A stretch of 40,536 bases of DNA from an uncultured Lachnospiraceae bacterium (GCA_944382505.1 CALWNA010000146.1:1-40536); one strand, 5' to 3'. Positions 18,043-27,032 are shown, counted from the first letter of the stretch. Numbers and translations are program-made. Notes: a model not told the origin generated them from the sequence alone.

Positions 18043-20505
18043 TTAAACAATCGCTTCCAACTGCTTCATCGCAGTTTCGTTGTAATTTGTGTAATGAAAT
18101 TCGCAGACCGGAACTTCACCGTTTAAAAAGGAAACAAGTCCGTTATAAATATCCGAAACAGTATGTCCTATAACCAGTTGACCATTTTCCATCATGGAAG
18201 ATGGGGCAGAACTAAAGTCGGACATAATGATAGGAAGTTTCAACAGGCGTGCTTCCAATATGGAGACCGGCTGTCCTTCGTGAAGGGAGGGAAGAACAAA
18301 ACAACTGCATTCTTTCATAAGCATAAATGGATTGTCCATATTTCCCGTCAGAATGACTTTTCCCTCAAGTTTCAGCGTAGCAACCAGTGCTTTCAGTTCG
18401 TCCATAAGCGCTCCGTTCCCGATAATATACAAACGGGTATTCTGATTTTCTTTATAAAGTCTCGCAAATGCTTTAATGAGAGCTGCCTGATTTTTTTCCG
18501 GGGAAAGCCGTCCCATATTCACAAAAGAAGTGAGAGACTTATTGAAAAGGTCAGGAAATCCGGCGGCGGAACATTCCTCAGGAAGAAAAGAATGTTTTGC
18601 CCCCTCCAGGACACGGGTAAAGTCAGCGGTATTTTGTACATAACAACATTTGCTTTTTAGGTTATCATAGCCTATTTTTTTCAGATTGATCTCCATGGTT
18701 GCTTTGGAACACCCCACAATTTTGTCGTAAAACGGATAGGTGGAAAATACGACTCGGAGTTCTCTGCTATGAGGCTTTTTATGATTTACTACTTTATGTT
18801 TTTCTGTCATCAAATCATTGTGCTGCCATATGAGTTTTTTGGCCCCCCCATCACTTAGCAGGAGAATAGAGTAAAAAGAACCGTAGCCGGAATAATCAAT
18901 TACTGTGTCAAAATGGCTTTCGCCGAAACACCGCATAAATTCTCTGTCATACATTTTCTTTGGATAAAGGTATTTCATAAAAGGAAAGTGAAATCCAAAG
19001 ACTCTTAAAAAATCATTTCGTATCTGCTCTGTAAAAGTGGCAGGAGTAAAGGCAATTCTTGAAAAAACCCGGGCATTTTTATGAAACGTGCAAATCATTT
19101 CTCTGCTGTCGGAAAACTTAAGATTTCCCGCAAAAACTGTCACATCATATTTATCGTAATCAATATAATCGAGCATAGTGCGAAGTGCGGTGGAAATACC
19201 ATTCATTCGCAAACCGCCTCCAAAAAATAAAAGTTTTTTCTTCGCAGAATTGTCACATGTGATAATGTTATATTTTCTGCCGGAAGCATCCTCGGTCCGA
19301 TTTTTAAAAATAATATCAATTAACCTTTCGGTAACTCTTCCGTCATCATATGGGCAGGCAAAAGCTTTTGCTTTTTGATATTTATCCTGACATAGCAGCA
19401 TTGTCTTTTCCAGATTGTTAATGGAATCCCCCACATCTTTTAAGGATGTCAGTGCAGGACCCGGAAGGTTTTCCGGCTCCATATAAAGCCCTCTGTAATT
19501 TTTGTATTCTTCCAGATCCGGAATATAAAAAATTATCGGTTTTTTGCTGGCAAGAAAATCAAAGAAAATACTGGAATAATCTGAAATCAGAATATCCGTG
19601 ATGGAAAGTAATTCATTGGTATCAACAAATGCCGGAATCAGCGAATTGTCTAATTGTCCGGACTTCTGTAATGCTTTATAAACCACCTGATGCGGTTTTA
19701 ATAAAATCTGATATTGATCGGTATCGATAAATGTTTCCAATGTGTTTTTAAACTGAATATAATCCTCTACATAAGCCTGTGGGTGGTAGTAATCATCCCC
19801 TTTCCAGGTTGGCGCATAAAGAATAATTTTTTTATTTGGATTCAGATGGATGTTATAACGCTCTAAAAGTTCCGTAACCGCTTGTTTTTCCGCGTTAAAA
19901 AGACGGTCGTTTCTCGGATATCCCTCTTCGATAATTTTTCCTTCATAAATTCCTTTTAATTTATATTTATCAAGGTATATGGATGTCAGAAACGGGCTGG
20001 AGGAAATCATATAGTCTGCGGATAAAAAATTTCTCAAGACATTCGAAATGGTAGCGGCAGAACCGGGAATATCATATCCCAGACTTTTCACCGGAGTGCC
20101 ATGCCAGGTATTGACGTAAATTTGTCCCGGTTTTTTGCAATAATAAAAAGGCAGAGATACGTTTGTGATAATATATCCTGCTGAGGCGAGAAATCTAAGG
20201 TGCTCGTCACTGTGTCTGCGGACAATCTTTACATTTTTGTCTGCAAGAAAAGGCTGCATGGCAGGCTCGTTTCCGACTCTGTCTTCTAACACCCACACAT
20301 GGGTATAATTTTTAAAATCTTCATGATTTATAAGTGTCTGAAAAAAGGCATAGGGATTGCAGATCATGCCCCTGCCGAAATAAGAATCATATAAAATAGT
20401 ATTTTGTTCAATATCTAAATGTTTATAGTAACGGGCATACTTTGTACGGCGATAAGTTTCCTTTAAATTTCCCGCCTTTGATTTTAATTTATGAATGATA
20501 TGCAT
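18043..20505 (-). CDS. Bifunctional TagF-family glycerophosphotransferase + GT4 (GT-B) glycosyltransferase
   Basis: NTWHGTPVK, GYPRND, LKPHQ, ISDYSSIFFDF; C-terminal GRLSPEKNQ and PSLHEGQPVSILEA (EX7E). GGAGA RBS supports ATG 20505. Confidence 0.92.
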   Translation of the reverse strand: MHIIHKLKSKAGNLKETYRRTKYARYYKHLDIEQNTILYDSYFGRGMICNPYAFFQTLINHEDFKNYTHVWVLEDRVGNEPAMQPFLADKNVKIVRRHSDEHLRFLASAGYIITNVSLPFYYCKKPGQIYVNTWHGTPVKSLGYDIPGSAATISNVLRNFLSADYMISSSPFLTSIYLDKYKLKGIYEGKIIEEGYPRNDRLFNAEKQAVTELLERYNIHLNPNKKIILYAPTWKGDDYYHPQAYVEDYIQFKNTLETFIDTDQYQILLKPHQVVYKALQKSGQLDNSLIPAFVDTNELLSITDILISDYSSIFFDFLASKKPIIFYIPDLEEYKNYRGLYMEPENLPGPALTSLKDVGDSINNLEKTMLLCQDKYQKAKAFACPYDDGRVTERLIDIIFKNRTEDASGRKYNIITCDNSAKKKLLFFGGGLRMNGISTALRTMLDYIDYDKYDVTVFAGNLKFSDSREMICTFHKNARVFSRIAFTPATFTEQIRNDFLRVFGFHFPFMKYLYPKKMYDREFMRCFGESHFDTVIDYSGYGSFYSILLLSDGGAKKLIWQHNDLMTEKHKVVNHKKPHSRELRVVFSTYPFYDKIVGCSKATMEINLKKIGYDNLKSKCCYVQNTADFTRVLEGAKHSFLPEECSAAGFPDLFNKSLTSFVNMGRLSPEKNQAALIKAFARLYKENQNTRLYIIGNGALMDELKALVATLKLEGKVILTGNMDNPFMLMKECSCFVLPSLHEGQPVSILEARLLKLPIIMSDFSSAPSSMMENGQLVIGHTVSDIYNGLVSFLNGEVPVCEFHYTNYNETAMKQLEAIV

Positions 20506-20583
20506 AGCAATCTCCAATCTATTATTTACATGCGATAAAACCAATAAAAAATTTCATCACTTTTATTTTTTATATTATAACTG

Positions 20584-20612
20584 ATTATATTATAATATAA
20601 ACTGTTTTTCAA
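20584..20612 (-). promoter_or_regulatory. Sigma-A promoter for the minus-strand TagF-GT4 operon
   Basis: Minus strand TTGAAA-17 bp-TATAAT. Confidence 0.65.
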
Positions 20613-20665
20613 ATAGATGGTATGAAAATTCAATCCGGCCAGGAAAGTAAAATCCGTCGGAATAA

Positions 20666-20694
20666 TTGACTATTATTCCGTTAATATTTATAAT
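20666..20694 (+). promoter_or_regulatory. Sigma-A promoter for tagD and the second GT2-TagF gene
   Basis: TTGACT-17 bp-TATAAT. Confidence 0.75.
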
Positions 20695-20799
20695 AAAGAA
20701 TATTATGGTTAAAATCGTGTAAAGTATGTGCACAGGAAGAAACGGACAAAAGTCAGCATACAAAAAGTAAGCACTGATGAAAAAGGAGAACGATAATTT

Positions 20800-21216
20800 A
20801 TGAAAAGAGTTATTACTTATGGAACTTTTGATATGCTTCATTACGGACATATTAATTTGTTGAGACGGGCAAAGGAATTAGGAGATTATCTGGTCGTTGT
20901 GCTTTCAACCGATGAGTTCAACTGGAATTCCAAGCAAAAAAAATGTTACTTTACTTATGAGGAAAGGAAACAAGTTTTGGAGGCAATCCGCTATGTAGAC
21001 CTTGTTATCCCGGAAAATAACTGGGAACAGAAGATTTCAGATGTACAGGATTATAAGATAGATACATTTGTTATGGGAAGCGACTGGGAAGGAAAGTTTG
21101 ACTTTTTAAAAGATTATTGTGAGGTAGTATATCTTCCGAGGACAGAGGGAATATCGACGACACAGATTAAGACAGATTTAAATAACAAGGATATGAATGC
21201 CAAGGGAGATAAATAA
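20800..21216 (+). CDS. tagD: Glycerol-3-phosphate cytidylyltransferase
   Basis: MKRVITYGTFDMLHYGH, STDEFN, MGSDWEGKFDFL, RTEGISTT. Confidence 0.97.
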   Translation: MKRVITYGTFDMLHYGHINLLRRAKELGDYLVVVLSTDEFNWNSKQKKCYFTYEERKQVLEAIRYVDLVIPENNWEQKISDVQDYKIDTFVMGSDWEGKFDFLKDYCEVVYLPRTEGISTTQIKTDLNNKDMNAKGDK

Positions 21217-21219
21217 GTA

Positions 21220-23424
21220 ATGGTCAGCATTATTGTAACACACAAAAAGGATATATTTTATTTAAGAGATTGTCTGGAAAGCATTGCTGAACAGCAGTTT
21301 CAGGATTATGAGACAATCCTTGTATTGGATCATACGGAAGATGATCTTGAGGAAATTATTCAGGAGTTTCAGAAAGAGGCACATCTTAAAATTTATAAAC
21401 TTGAAGAAAAGACAGGTGTGTCTGCTGCAAGAAATCTCGGAATGGACAAGGCATCAGGAGAGTATATTTATTTTCTTGACAATGATGACTATCTGTATGG
21501 AGATGCCATTAAGACGCTGCTTGACGTCATGGATGAAGATACGGATATGGCATATGGCAAGGTAAAACATACGTGGTTTCAGAGACAGGCATTCAATGAT
21601 GCTCAAAGTGACAGTGAAAATGAAGAGGAAGAAGAAATATCCAAGAGAAAGGAATTTTTGCTTTCCTTTGATTTTAACGACCCGCTGAATTACAGATATG
21701 AAAGATACCGAAAACTGGATAAAATAACTGTTCTGGGAGCTCTGTATAAAAAATCATTATTTATAGACAATAATATAAGATTTAACGAGAACCAGACATA
21801 TTTTTCAGACGCCTTGGTAGTTACTTCTATATTTAAATATGCGAAAAAATTTAAGTGTACGGAAGATGCGCTTTATGTAAAACGACATCACAATGACAAG
21901 CAGAACAATCCGGCGATTTCTCAGCACACAAAGGAAGAGACAATGCCTGATTATTTCGTGGCATACAAAAATTCCTATAAAATGGCGGGGGATGATAAAA
22001 AACTTAAAAACCATCTGAACGTTATTCTCGCAAAGTTTATTGTTAAGGAATATATTAACAAACTTCGCTGGTCGGAAGATGAGCGATGGAAAGGTGAATT
22101 TTATAATGGCATTGTGGAGATGGCAAAGACCATTGATAAAAAAGCCTTAAAGAGAAAGGAGTTTACCCGTGCAGAGAAAAAGATGATTTATGCATTTATA
22201 GAAAATGATTTTGATAAAATGCAGAAAAAATCCATACGGGTACTCTTCCACAGAAAAATAAAAAAGATGTTCCGGAACAAGAGAGTTATGTACAAAACAA
22301 TTACGCTCTATGTATTTAGCAGGATGAAACTTAAGGAAAACTGGATTGTTTTCGAAAGTTTTATGGGAAGAAACTGTTCCGGACAGCCAAAATATATTTA
22401 TAAGTATCTTATGGAAAATTGCGGAAATAAATATAAATGTATATGGGTTGTGGACAGAAAAGGCGTTAAGATTCCGGGAACAGGTTATAAAAAATGTAAG
22501 CGTTTTGGGCTCAGATATTATTATTATATGAACCGCAGCAAATATTGGGTTAACAATATGAGACAGTCATTAAGTATTCCGAGAAGACCGGAGACAATTA
22601 TGCTTGCCACATGGCACGGGACGCCTCTCAAACGGCTGGTGTTTGATATGGAAGATGTACATTCCGCAAATCCCCGCTATAAGGACATTGTTTACCGGCA
22701 GACAAGAGAGTGGGATTATCTGTTGTCAGACAATCCGTTTTCAACAGAAAAATTTCAGAGCTGTTTTCTGTTCGAAAGGGAAAAGATACTGGAATACGGA
22801 TATCCTGCAAATGATCCGATGTATGCACCGGACCGACAGGAACGAGCGGAAAAAATCAAAAGGAAGATGGGAATTCCGGAAAACAAAAAAGTTATTCTCT
22901 ACGCACCGACATGGAGAGACGATCAATTCTATGACAAAGGTCAGTATGGATTTGAATTGGATTTGGATATAAAGCGGTTAGAAAAAGAATTTGGCAACGA
23001 GTATGTGCTGCTTTTAAGACTTCACTATCTTGTTGTGGATCAGCTTGATCTTTCTCAATATGGTGATTTCACGGTGGATGGAAGCAGTTATGATGATATT
23101 ACGGATCTGTATTTGATTTCAGATTTGCTGATTACAGATTATTCATCCGTATTCTTCGATTATGCAAATCTGAAGCGCCCGGTATTGTATTTCACATATG
23201 ATCTGGAAAAATACAGAGATGTGCTTCGGGGATTTTATCTGGATATGGAAAAAGACCTTCCGGGACCGCTTCTTCTGACAAATGACGAAGTGGTAGATGC
23301 CATAAAGAACATCGACAAAATAACAGAAGAATATAGGGACAGATATGATGAATTTTACAACAGATTCTGTTGCGTGGATGACGGACATGCAGCGCAGAGA
23401 GTTGTGGAAAAAGTATTTCACTAG
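21220..23424 (+). CDS. Bifunctional GT2-like + TagF-family glycerophosphotransferase, paralog of 12775-14961
   Basis: MVSIIVTHKK start shared with the paralog, FLDNDD, TWHGTPLKRL, YAPTWR, LRLHY, ITDYSSVFFDY. Confidence 0.93.
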   Translation: MVSIIVTHKKDIFYLRDCLESIAEQQFQDYETILVLDHTEDDLEEIIQEFQKEAHLKIYKLEEKTGVSAARNLGMDKASGEYIYFLDNDDYLYGDAIKTLLDVMDEDTDMAYGKVKHTWFQRQAFNDAQSDSENEEEEEISKRKEFLLSFDFNDPLNYRYERYRKLDKITVLGALYKKSLFIDNNIRFNENQTYFSDALVVTSIFKYAKKFKCTEDALYVKRHHNDKQNNPAISQHTKEETMPDYFVAYKNSYKMAGDDKKLKNHLNVILAKFIVKEYINKLRWSEDERWKGEFYNGIVEMAKTIDKKALKRKEFTRAEKKMIYAFIENDFDKMQKKSIRVLFHRKIKKMFRNKRVMYKTITLYVFSRMKLKENWIVFESFMGRNCSGQPKYIYKYLMENCGNKYKCIWVVDRKGVKIPGTGYKKCKRFGLRYYYYMNRSKYWVNNMRQSLSIPRRPETIMLATWHGTPLKRLVFDMEDVHSANPRYKDIVYRQTREWDYLLSDNPFSTEKFQSCFLFEREKILEYGYPANDPMYAPDRQERAEKIKRKMGIPENKKVILYAPTWRDDQFYDKGQYGFELDLDIKRLEKEFGNEYVLLLRLHYLVVDQLDLSQYGDFTVDGSSYDDITDLYLISDLLITDYSSVFFDYANLKRPVLYFTYDLEKYRDVLRGFYLDMEKDLPGPLLLTNDEVVDAIKNIDKITEEYRDRYDEFYNRFCCVDDGHAAQRVVEKVFH

Positions 23425-23456
23425 AAGACAGAGCTATCACAAATGAAATTGGTTAG

Positions 23457-23490
23457 ACTGGTATATCGATTTCGATATACCGGTTTTCTT
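23457..23490 (+). terminator. Intrinsic terminator after tagD-GT2/TagF
   Basis: Stem ACTGGTATATCG / CGATATACCGGT (one G-U pair), 4-nt loop, followed by TTTCTT. Confidence 0.7.
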
Positions 23491-23535
23491 ATTACGTACA
23501 CGAGTCATAACAGATAACAAAAATGTTACAAATAT

Positions 23536-23563
23536 TTGACAATATTGTGGAATATTATATAAT
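23536..23563 (+). promoter_or_regulatory. Sigma-A promoter for the ABC exporter genes
   Basis: Consensus TTGACA-16 bp-TATAAT. Confidence 0.75.
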
Positions 23564-23601
23564 TAATGCGTGTATTGTCTTATGACAGTTTCGGAGGTTA
23601 T

Positions 23602-24411
23602 ATGAAAAAATATATTGATAGTTTTATGAGATACAGATACTTGTTAATCGAACTCGTAAAAAAAGGAATCAAATTAAAATATAGAAAATCTTATCTGGGA
23701 TTAATCTGGACTTTATTGGAACCGCTGCTGACGATGATGGTGCTTACATTTGTGTTCGGACGGGTGCTTGGAAGAGCCGGCGGCCCAATCGGTCCTGAGT
23801 TATATCCTGTCTATGTTCTTTGCGGACGTCTGCTGTATAGCTGTTTTGCAAGCTGTTCTAAAATAGGAATGCGGTCTATTCGATCGAATCAGGCAATGAT
23901 AAAGAAAGTATATGTACCGAAATATTTATACCCGCTTTCCAGTGTTATTTATAATTTTATCATTTTTTTACTGTCGTTAATTGTACTGGCAATCGTAGGT
24001 ATTGTATTGGGAATTCCATTGACGTGGCACATTATCGAGGCGGTTATTCCGATATTCGTTTTATTGATATTGTGTATTGCTGCAGCCATGTTTTTATCTA
24101 CGGTATGCGTATTTTTCAGAGATATTGAATATCTCTGGGATGTTGTGATTATGCTGATTATGTATTGCTCTGCAATCTTCTATTTTGTAGATAGTCTCGG
24201 CAGTGAAACGGTAAAGAAGGTAATACAGTTAAATCCGTTATACTGCATTATTTCAAACTTTCGGCGTGTTATTTTGCTGGGTGAGTCTATTTTTTCCAGC
24301 ACCCAGGAAACATTTATGCTTATATATTCCGCAGTTTTCAGTATTATTGCACTGATTATAGGGGTTGTTATATTTAAGAAAAACCAGGATAAGTTCATCT
24401 TGTATGTTTAG
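23602..24411 (+). CDS. tagG: Polysaccharide/teichoic acid ABC exporter permease (TagG/Wzm family)
   Basis: KLKYRKSYLGLIWTLLEPLL, IKKVYVP, VFFRDI, LNPLY. GGAGG RBS gives ATG 23602. Confidence 0.88.
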   Translation: MKKYIDSFMRYRYLLIELVKKGIKLKYRKSYLGLIWTLLEPLLTMMVLTFVFGRVLGRAGGPIGPELYPVYVLCGRLLYSCFASCSKIGMRSIRSNQAMIKKVYVPKYLYPLSSVIYNFIIFLLSLIVLAIVGIVLGIPLTWHIIEAVIPIFVLLILCIAAAMFLSTVCVFFRDIEYLWDVVIMLIMYCSAIFYFVDSLGSETVKKVIQLNPLYCIISNFRRVILLGESIFSSTQETFMLIYSAVFSIIALIIGVVIFKKNQDKFILYV

Positions 24412-24419
24412 GAGGAACA

Positions 24420-25253
24420 ATGGGTAAAAAGAAAGTTGCAGTCAAAGTCGACGATGTCAGCGTCAGGTTTAATCTGAGCAAAGAAAAAGTTGATAATTTA
24501 AAAGAATTGATTATAAAAAAATTAAAAGGACAGAAAACCCGTTTTCATGAATTTTGGGCGTTGAAAAACGTCAGTTTTGAAATTCGAAAGGGCGACAGAA
24601 TGGGAATACTGGGTCTTAACGGGGCTGGAAAAAGTACATTGTTAAAAGTTATTGCCGGCGTCTACAAACCAACTTACGGGAAAGTGGAACGACATGGACA
24701 TATGGCGCCGATGATTGAACTTGGCGCAGGATTTGATCCCAATTATACAGGAAGAGAAAATATTTTTCTTTACGGTTCCGTGTTGGGTTTTTCAAGAGAT
24801 TTTTTAGAGTCAAAATACGATGAAATTCTGGAATTTTCGGAGTTGGGAGAATTTATAGATGTGCCAATTAAAAATTATTCATCAGGAATGCGGGCAAGAC
24901 TTGGATTTTCTATTGCAACGGTGGTAGAACCGGAAATATTGATTTTGGATGAGGTTTTATCTGTGGGAGACGCCAGATTTCGCAGAAAGTGTGAAAAAAA
25001 AATGCAGACAATGTTCGACCATGGCGTCACGGTTATTTTCGTGTCTCATAGTCTGGCACAGGTGAAGCGCCTTTGCAACAAAGCAATTCTTCTGGAACAT
25101 GGAGAGCTGATTGCCAAGGGAGATATTGAGGAGGTTGCCGCCTTGTATGAGAAAAAGCTGGAGGAAGAAATTCCATTGAGAGCTGATGGGACTCCGCGCA
25201 GAAGGAAGAGAAGAAAAAGAAGAAGAAGAAAGAGAAGAATGATGGAGGGATAA
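24420..25253 (+). CDS. tagH: Polysaccharide/teichoic acid ABC exporter ATPase (TagH/Wzt family) with a polybasic C-terminal tail
   Basis: FWALKNVSF, Walker A GLNGAGKST, YSSGM signature, ILILDEVLSVGD, VSH. Confidence 0.9.
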   Translation: MGKKKVAVKVDDVSVRFNLSKEKVDNLKELIIKKLKGQKTRFHEFWALKNVSFEIRKGDRMGILGLNGAGKSTLLKVIAGVYKPTYGKVERHGHMAPMIELGAGFDPNYTGRENIFLYGSVLGFSRDFLESKYDEILEFSELGEFIDVPIKNYSSGMRARLGFSIATVVEPEILILDEVLSVGDARFRRKCEKKMQTMFDHGVTVIFVSHSLAQVKRLCNKAILLEHGELIAKGDIEEVAALYEKKLEEEIPLRADGTPRRRKRRKRRRRKRRMMEG

Positions 25254-25256
25254 CAG

Positions 25257-25511
25257 ATGCATTATGTAACAAAGGGGACATGTTCAAGAGCAATTGACTT
25301 TGATGTGGTAGATGGAAAAGTGACAAACGCAAAGTTTACACTGGGATGTATGGGAAATACCCAGGGTGTTGCGGCATTGGTAGAAGGAATGGACATCCAT
25401 GAAGCGATTCAGAGAATGAAAGGGATAGATTGCGGTGGCAAAGGAACATCATGTCCCGATCAGTTTGCAAAAGCGTTGGAATTATATCTGAAGGAGAATA
25501 AATCAATTTAA
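25257..25511 (+). CDS. TSCPD-domain protein (TIGR03905-like)
   Basis: KGTCS, GCMGN, GIDCG and TSCPDQ motifs. Confidence 0.9.
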   Translation: MHYVTKGTCSRAIDFDVVDGKVTNAKFTLGCMGNTQGVAALVEGMDIHEAIQRMKGIDCGGKGTSCPDQFAKALELYLKENKSI

Positions 25512-25523
25512 AGGAAAACAATT

Positions 25524-26216
25524 ATGTTGGGAATTATCGGAGCAATGGATGTTGAGGTGGACGGGCTCAAAAACGAAATGAAATACACACATATAAAAAC
25601 CATTGCAGGAATGAATTTTTGTCAGGGACAGATTGGCGGCAAAGATGTTGTGGCAGTAAAGTGTGGAGTGGGAAAGGTCAATGCGGCAATGTGTACGCAG
25701 ATTCTTGCAGATGTGTTTATGGCAGATGCTGTTATTAACACAGGTGTTGCCGGATCACTGAATGATGACATTGATATATGTGATATTGTTGTGTCCAACG
25801 TTGCCCAGGAACATGATATGGATGTTACGGTTCTCGGATATGAGCGGGGAATTATTCCGGACATGGAGATTTCTATCTTTGAAGCAGATGACCGATTGAG
25901 AGAACTGGCAAAAAACAGTGCAAAAAATGCGGGGTTGAATGTGAATATTTTTGAAGGAAAAATTGTCTCCGGGGACCGGTTTATCGGAACGCAGCAGGAA
26001 AAAGAAATTTTACGAAAAAATTTAGGCGGCGATTGTGCGGAAATGGAAGGTGCTGCCATTGCCCATGTGGCGTATCTTAACAATATTCCTTTTCTGCTTA
26101 TCCGGTCTATATCTGACAGGGCAGATGGAAAAGTAAAGATAGATTACCGGACATTTGAGAAAAAGGCTGCAGAAAATTCCGTCACACTTTTAAATAAAAT
26201 GATAGAAGAATATTAA
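25524..26216 (+). CDS. mtnN: 5'-methylthioadenosine/S-adenosylhomocysteine nucleosidase
   Basis: GIIGAMDVE, GVGKVNAA, NTGVAG, SGDRF, EMEGAA, RSISD. Confidence 0.95.
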   Translation: MLGIIGAMDVEVDGLKNEMKYTHIKTIAGMNFCQGQIGGKDVVAVKCGVGKVNAAMCTQILADVFMADAVINTGVAGSLNDDIDICDIVVSNVAQEHDMDVTVLGYERGIIPDMEISIFEADDRLRELAKNSAKNAGLNVNIFEGKIVSGDRFIGTQQEKEILRKNLGGDCAEMEGAAIAHVAYLNNIPFLLIRSISDRADGKVKIDYRTFEKKAAENSVTLLNKMIEEY

Positions 26217-26315
26217 AAAAGACAGAGATAAAATTGGAAAAATTTGACGAACGATTTTAAGTGTCTCGTTCCCTTTGTTGTGGTAAAATTTTATTTATAA
26301 AAACGAAAAGGGGGA

Positions 26316-27032
26316 ATGAAAATGCTTGAATATTATTGGGCAGGTTTTTTGAAATGGCTGGACAAGGTGGTTCCGGCTGTTGTGAATGAAAAGTACTTCC
26401 TTTGTATCATGGGAAGTATTTTTTTGTTTGGAATTGTAACAAAATGGGTTGTCATAGTGAATTATGGAAGATTAATTCGAAAGGCAGAGAACATGACCAA
26501 TCCAAAAAATGCAACGCTCCGACAGATAAAAATGAGATTTGACAGTGTGAAACAGATTCATGGTTCTGTTTCAAATCCCATGATTTTAGTACAAAGACAA
26601 TTAAATAAATGCAAAGCAGGTATTTTTTCATTAAATAAGTTAAACAATATTATTAACTGGTGCATAATCTGTATTGTGGGATTTTCCGGATTGCTGGGAC
26701 TGGAACTTTACCGGACCGGAAGCGGAAAGACTACGGCCATGGCATATATTCTTACAGGGTGTTTTTTTGGATTTGCACTGGAAATGATTAATCGCTGTAC
26801 CGATATCAGGGAAAAACAAATGGAACTGACGTATATTATTGTTGATTTTCTGGAAAATAATGCAATGACCAGAGAGGAAAGACATATTGATTCCCTGATG
26901 GATGTTGTTTCAGAAACAGCAAAGAATGATGTGGATACTGCAGTGGATTCTGCAGACAGTCAGAAAGAAAATGAGAAAAAACGGATGGAGGAGCAAATTC
27001 TCAATCAGGTAATAGGTGAATTTTTACAATAA
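26316..27032 (+). CDS. Hypothetical membrane protein with about three TM segments and an acidic C-terminus
   Basis: 238-aa ORF with AAGGGGG RBS and hydrophobic segments; no family recognised. Confidence 0.75.
   Translation: MKMLEYYWAGFLKWLDKVVPAVVNEKYFLCIMGSIFLFGIVTKWVVIVNYGRLIRKAENMTNPKNATLRQIKMRFDSVKQIHGSVSNPMILVQRQLNKCKAGIFSLNKLNNIINWCIICIVGFSGLLGLELYRTGSGKTTAMAYILTGCFFGFALEMINRCTDIREKQMELTYIIVDFLENNAMTREERHIDSLMDVVSETAKNDVDTAVDSADSQKENEKKRMEEQILNQVIGEFLQ

Noticed and set aside
16118-20799. Minus-strand TagF block as an invertible segment
   Set aside because: I found no inverted repeats shared by the two boundaries and no recombinase; the block has its own promoter and terminator.
12775-23424. 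Paralog pair as a DGR template/variable repeat or shufflon
   Set aside because: Differences are mostly synonymous and not adenine-specific, and no reverse transcriptase or recombinase is in the window.
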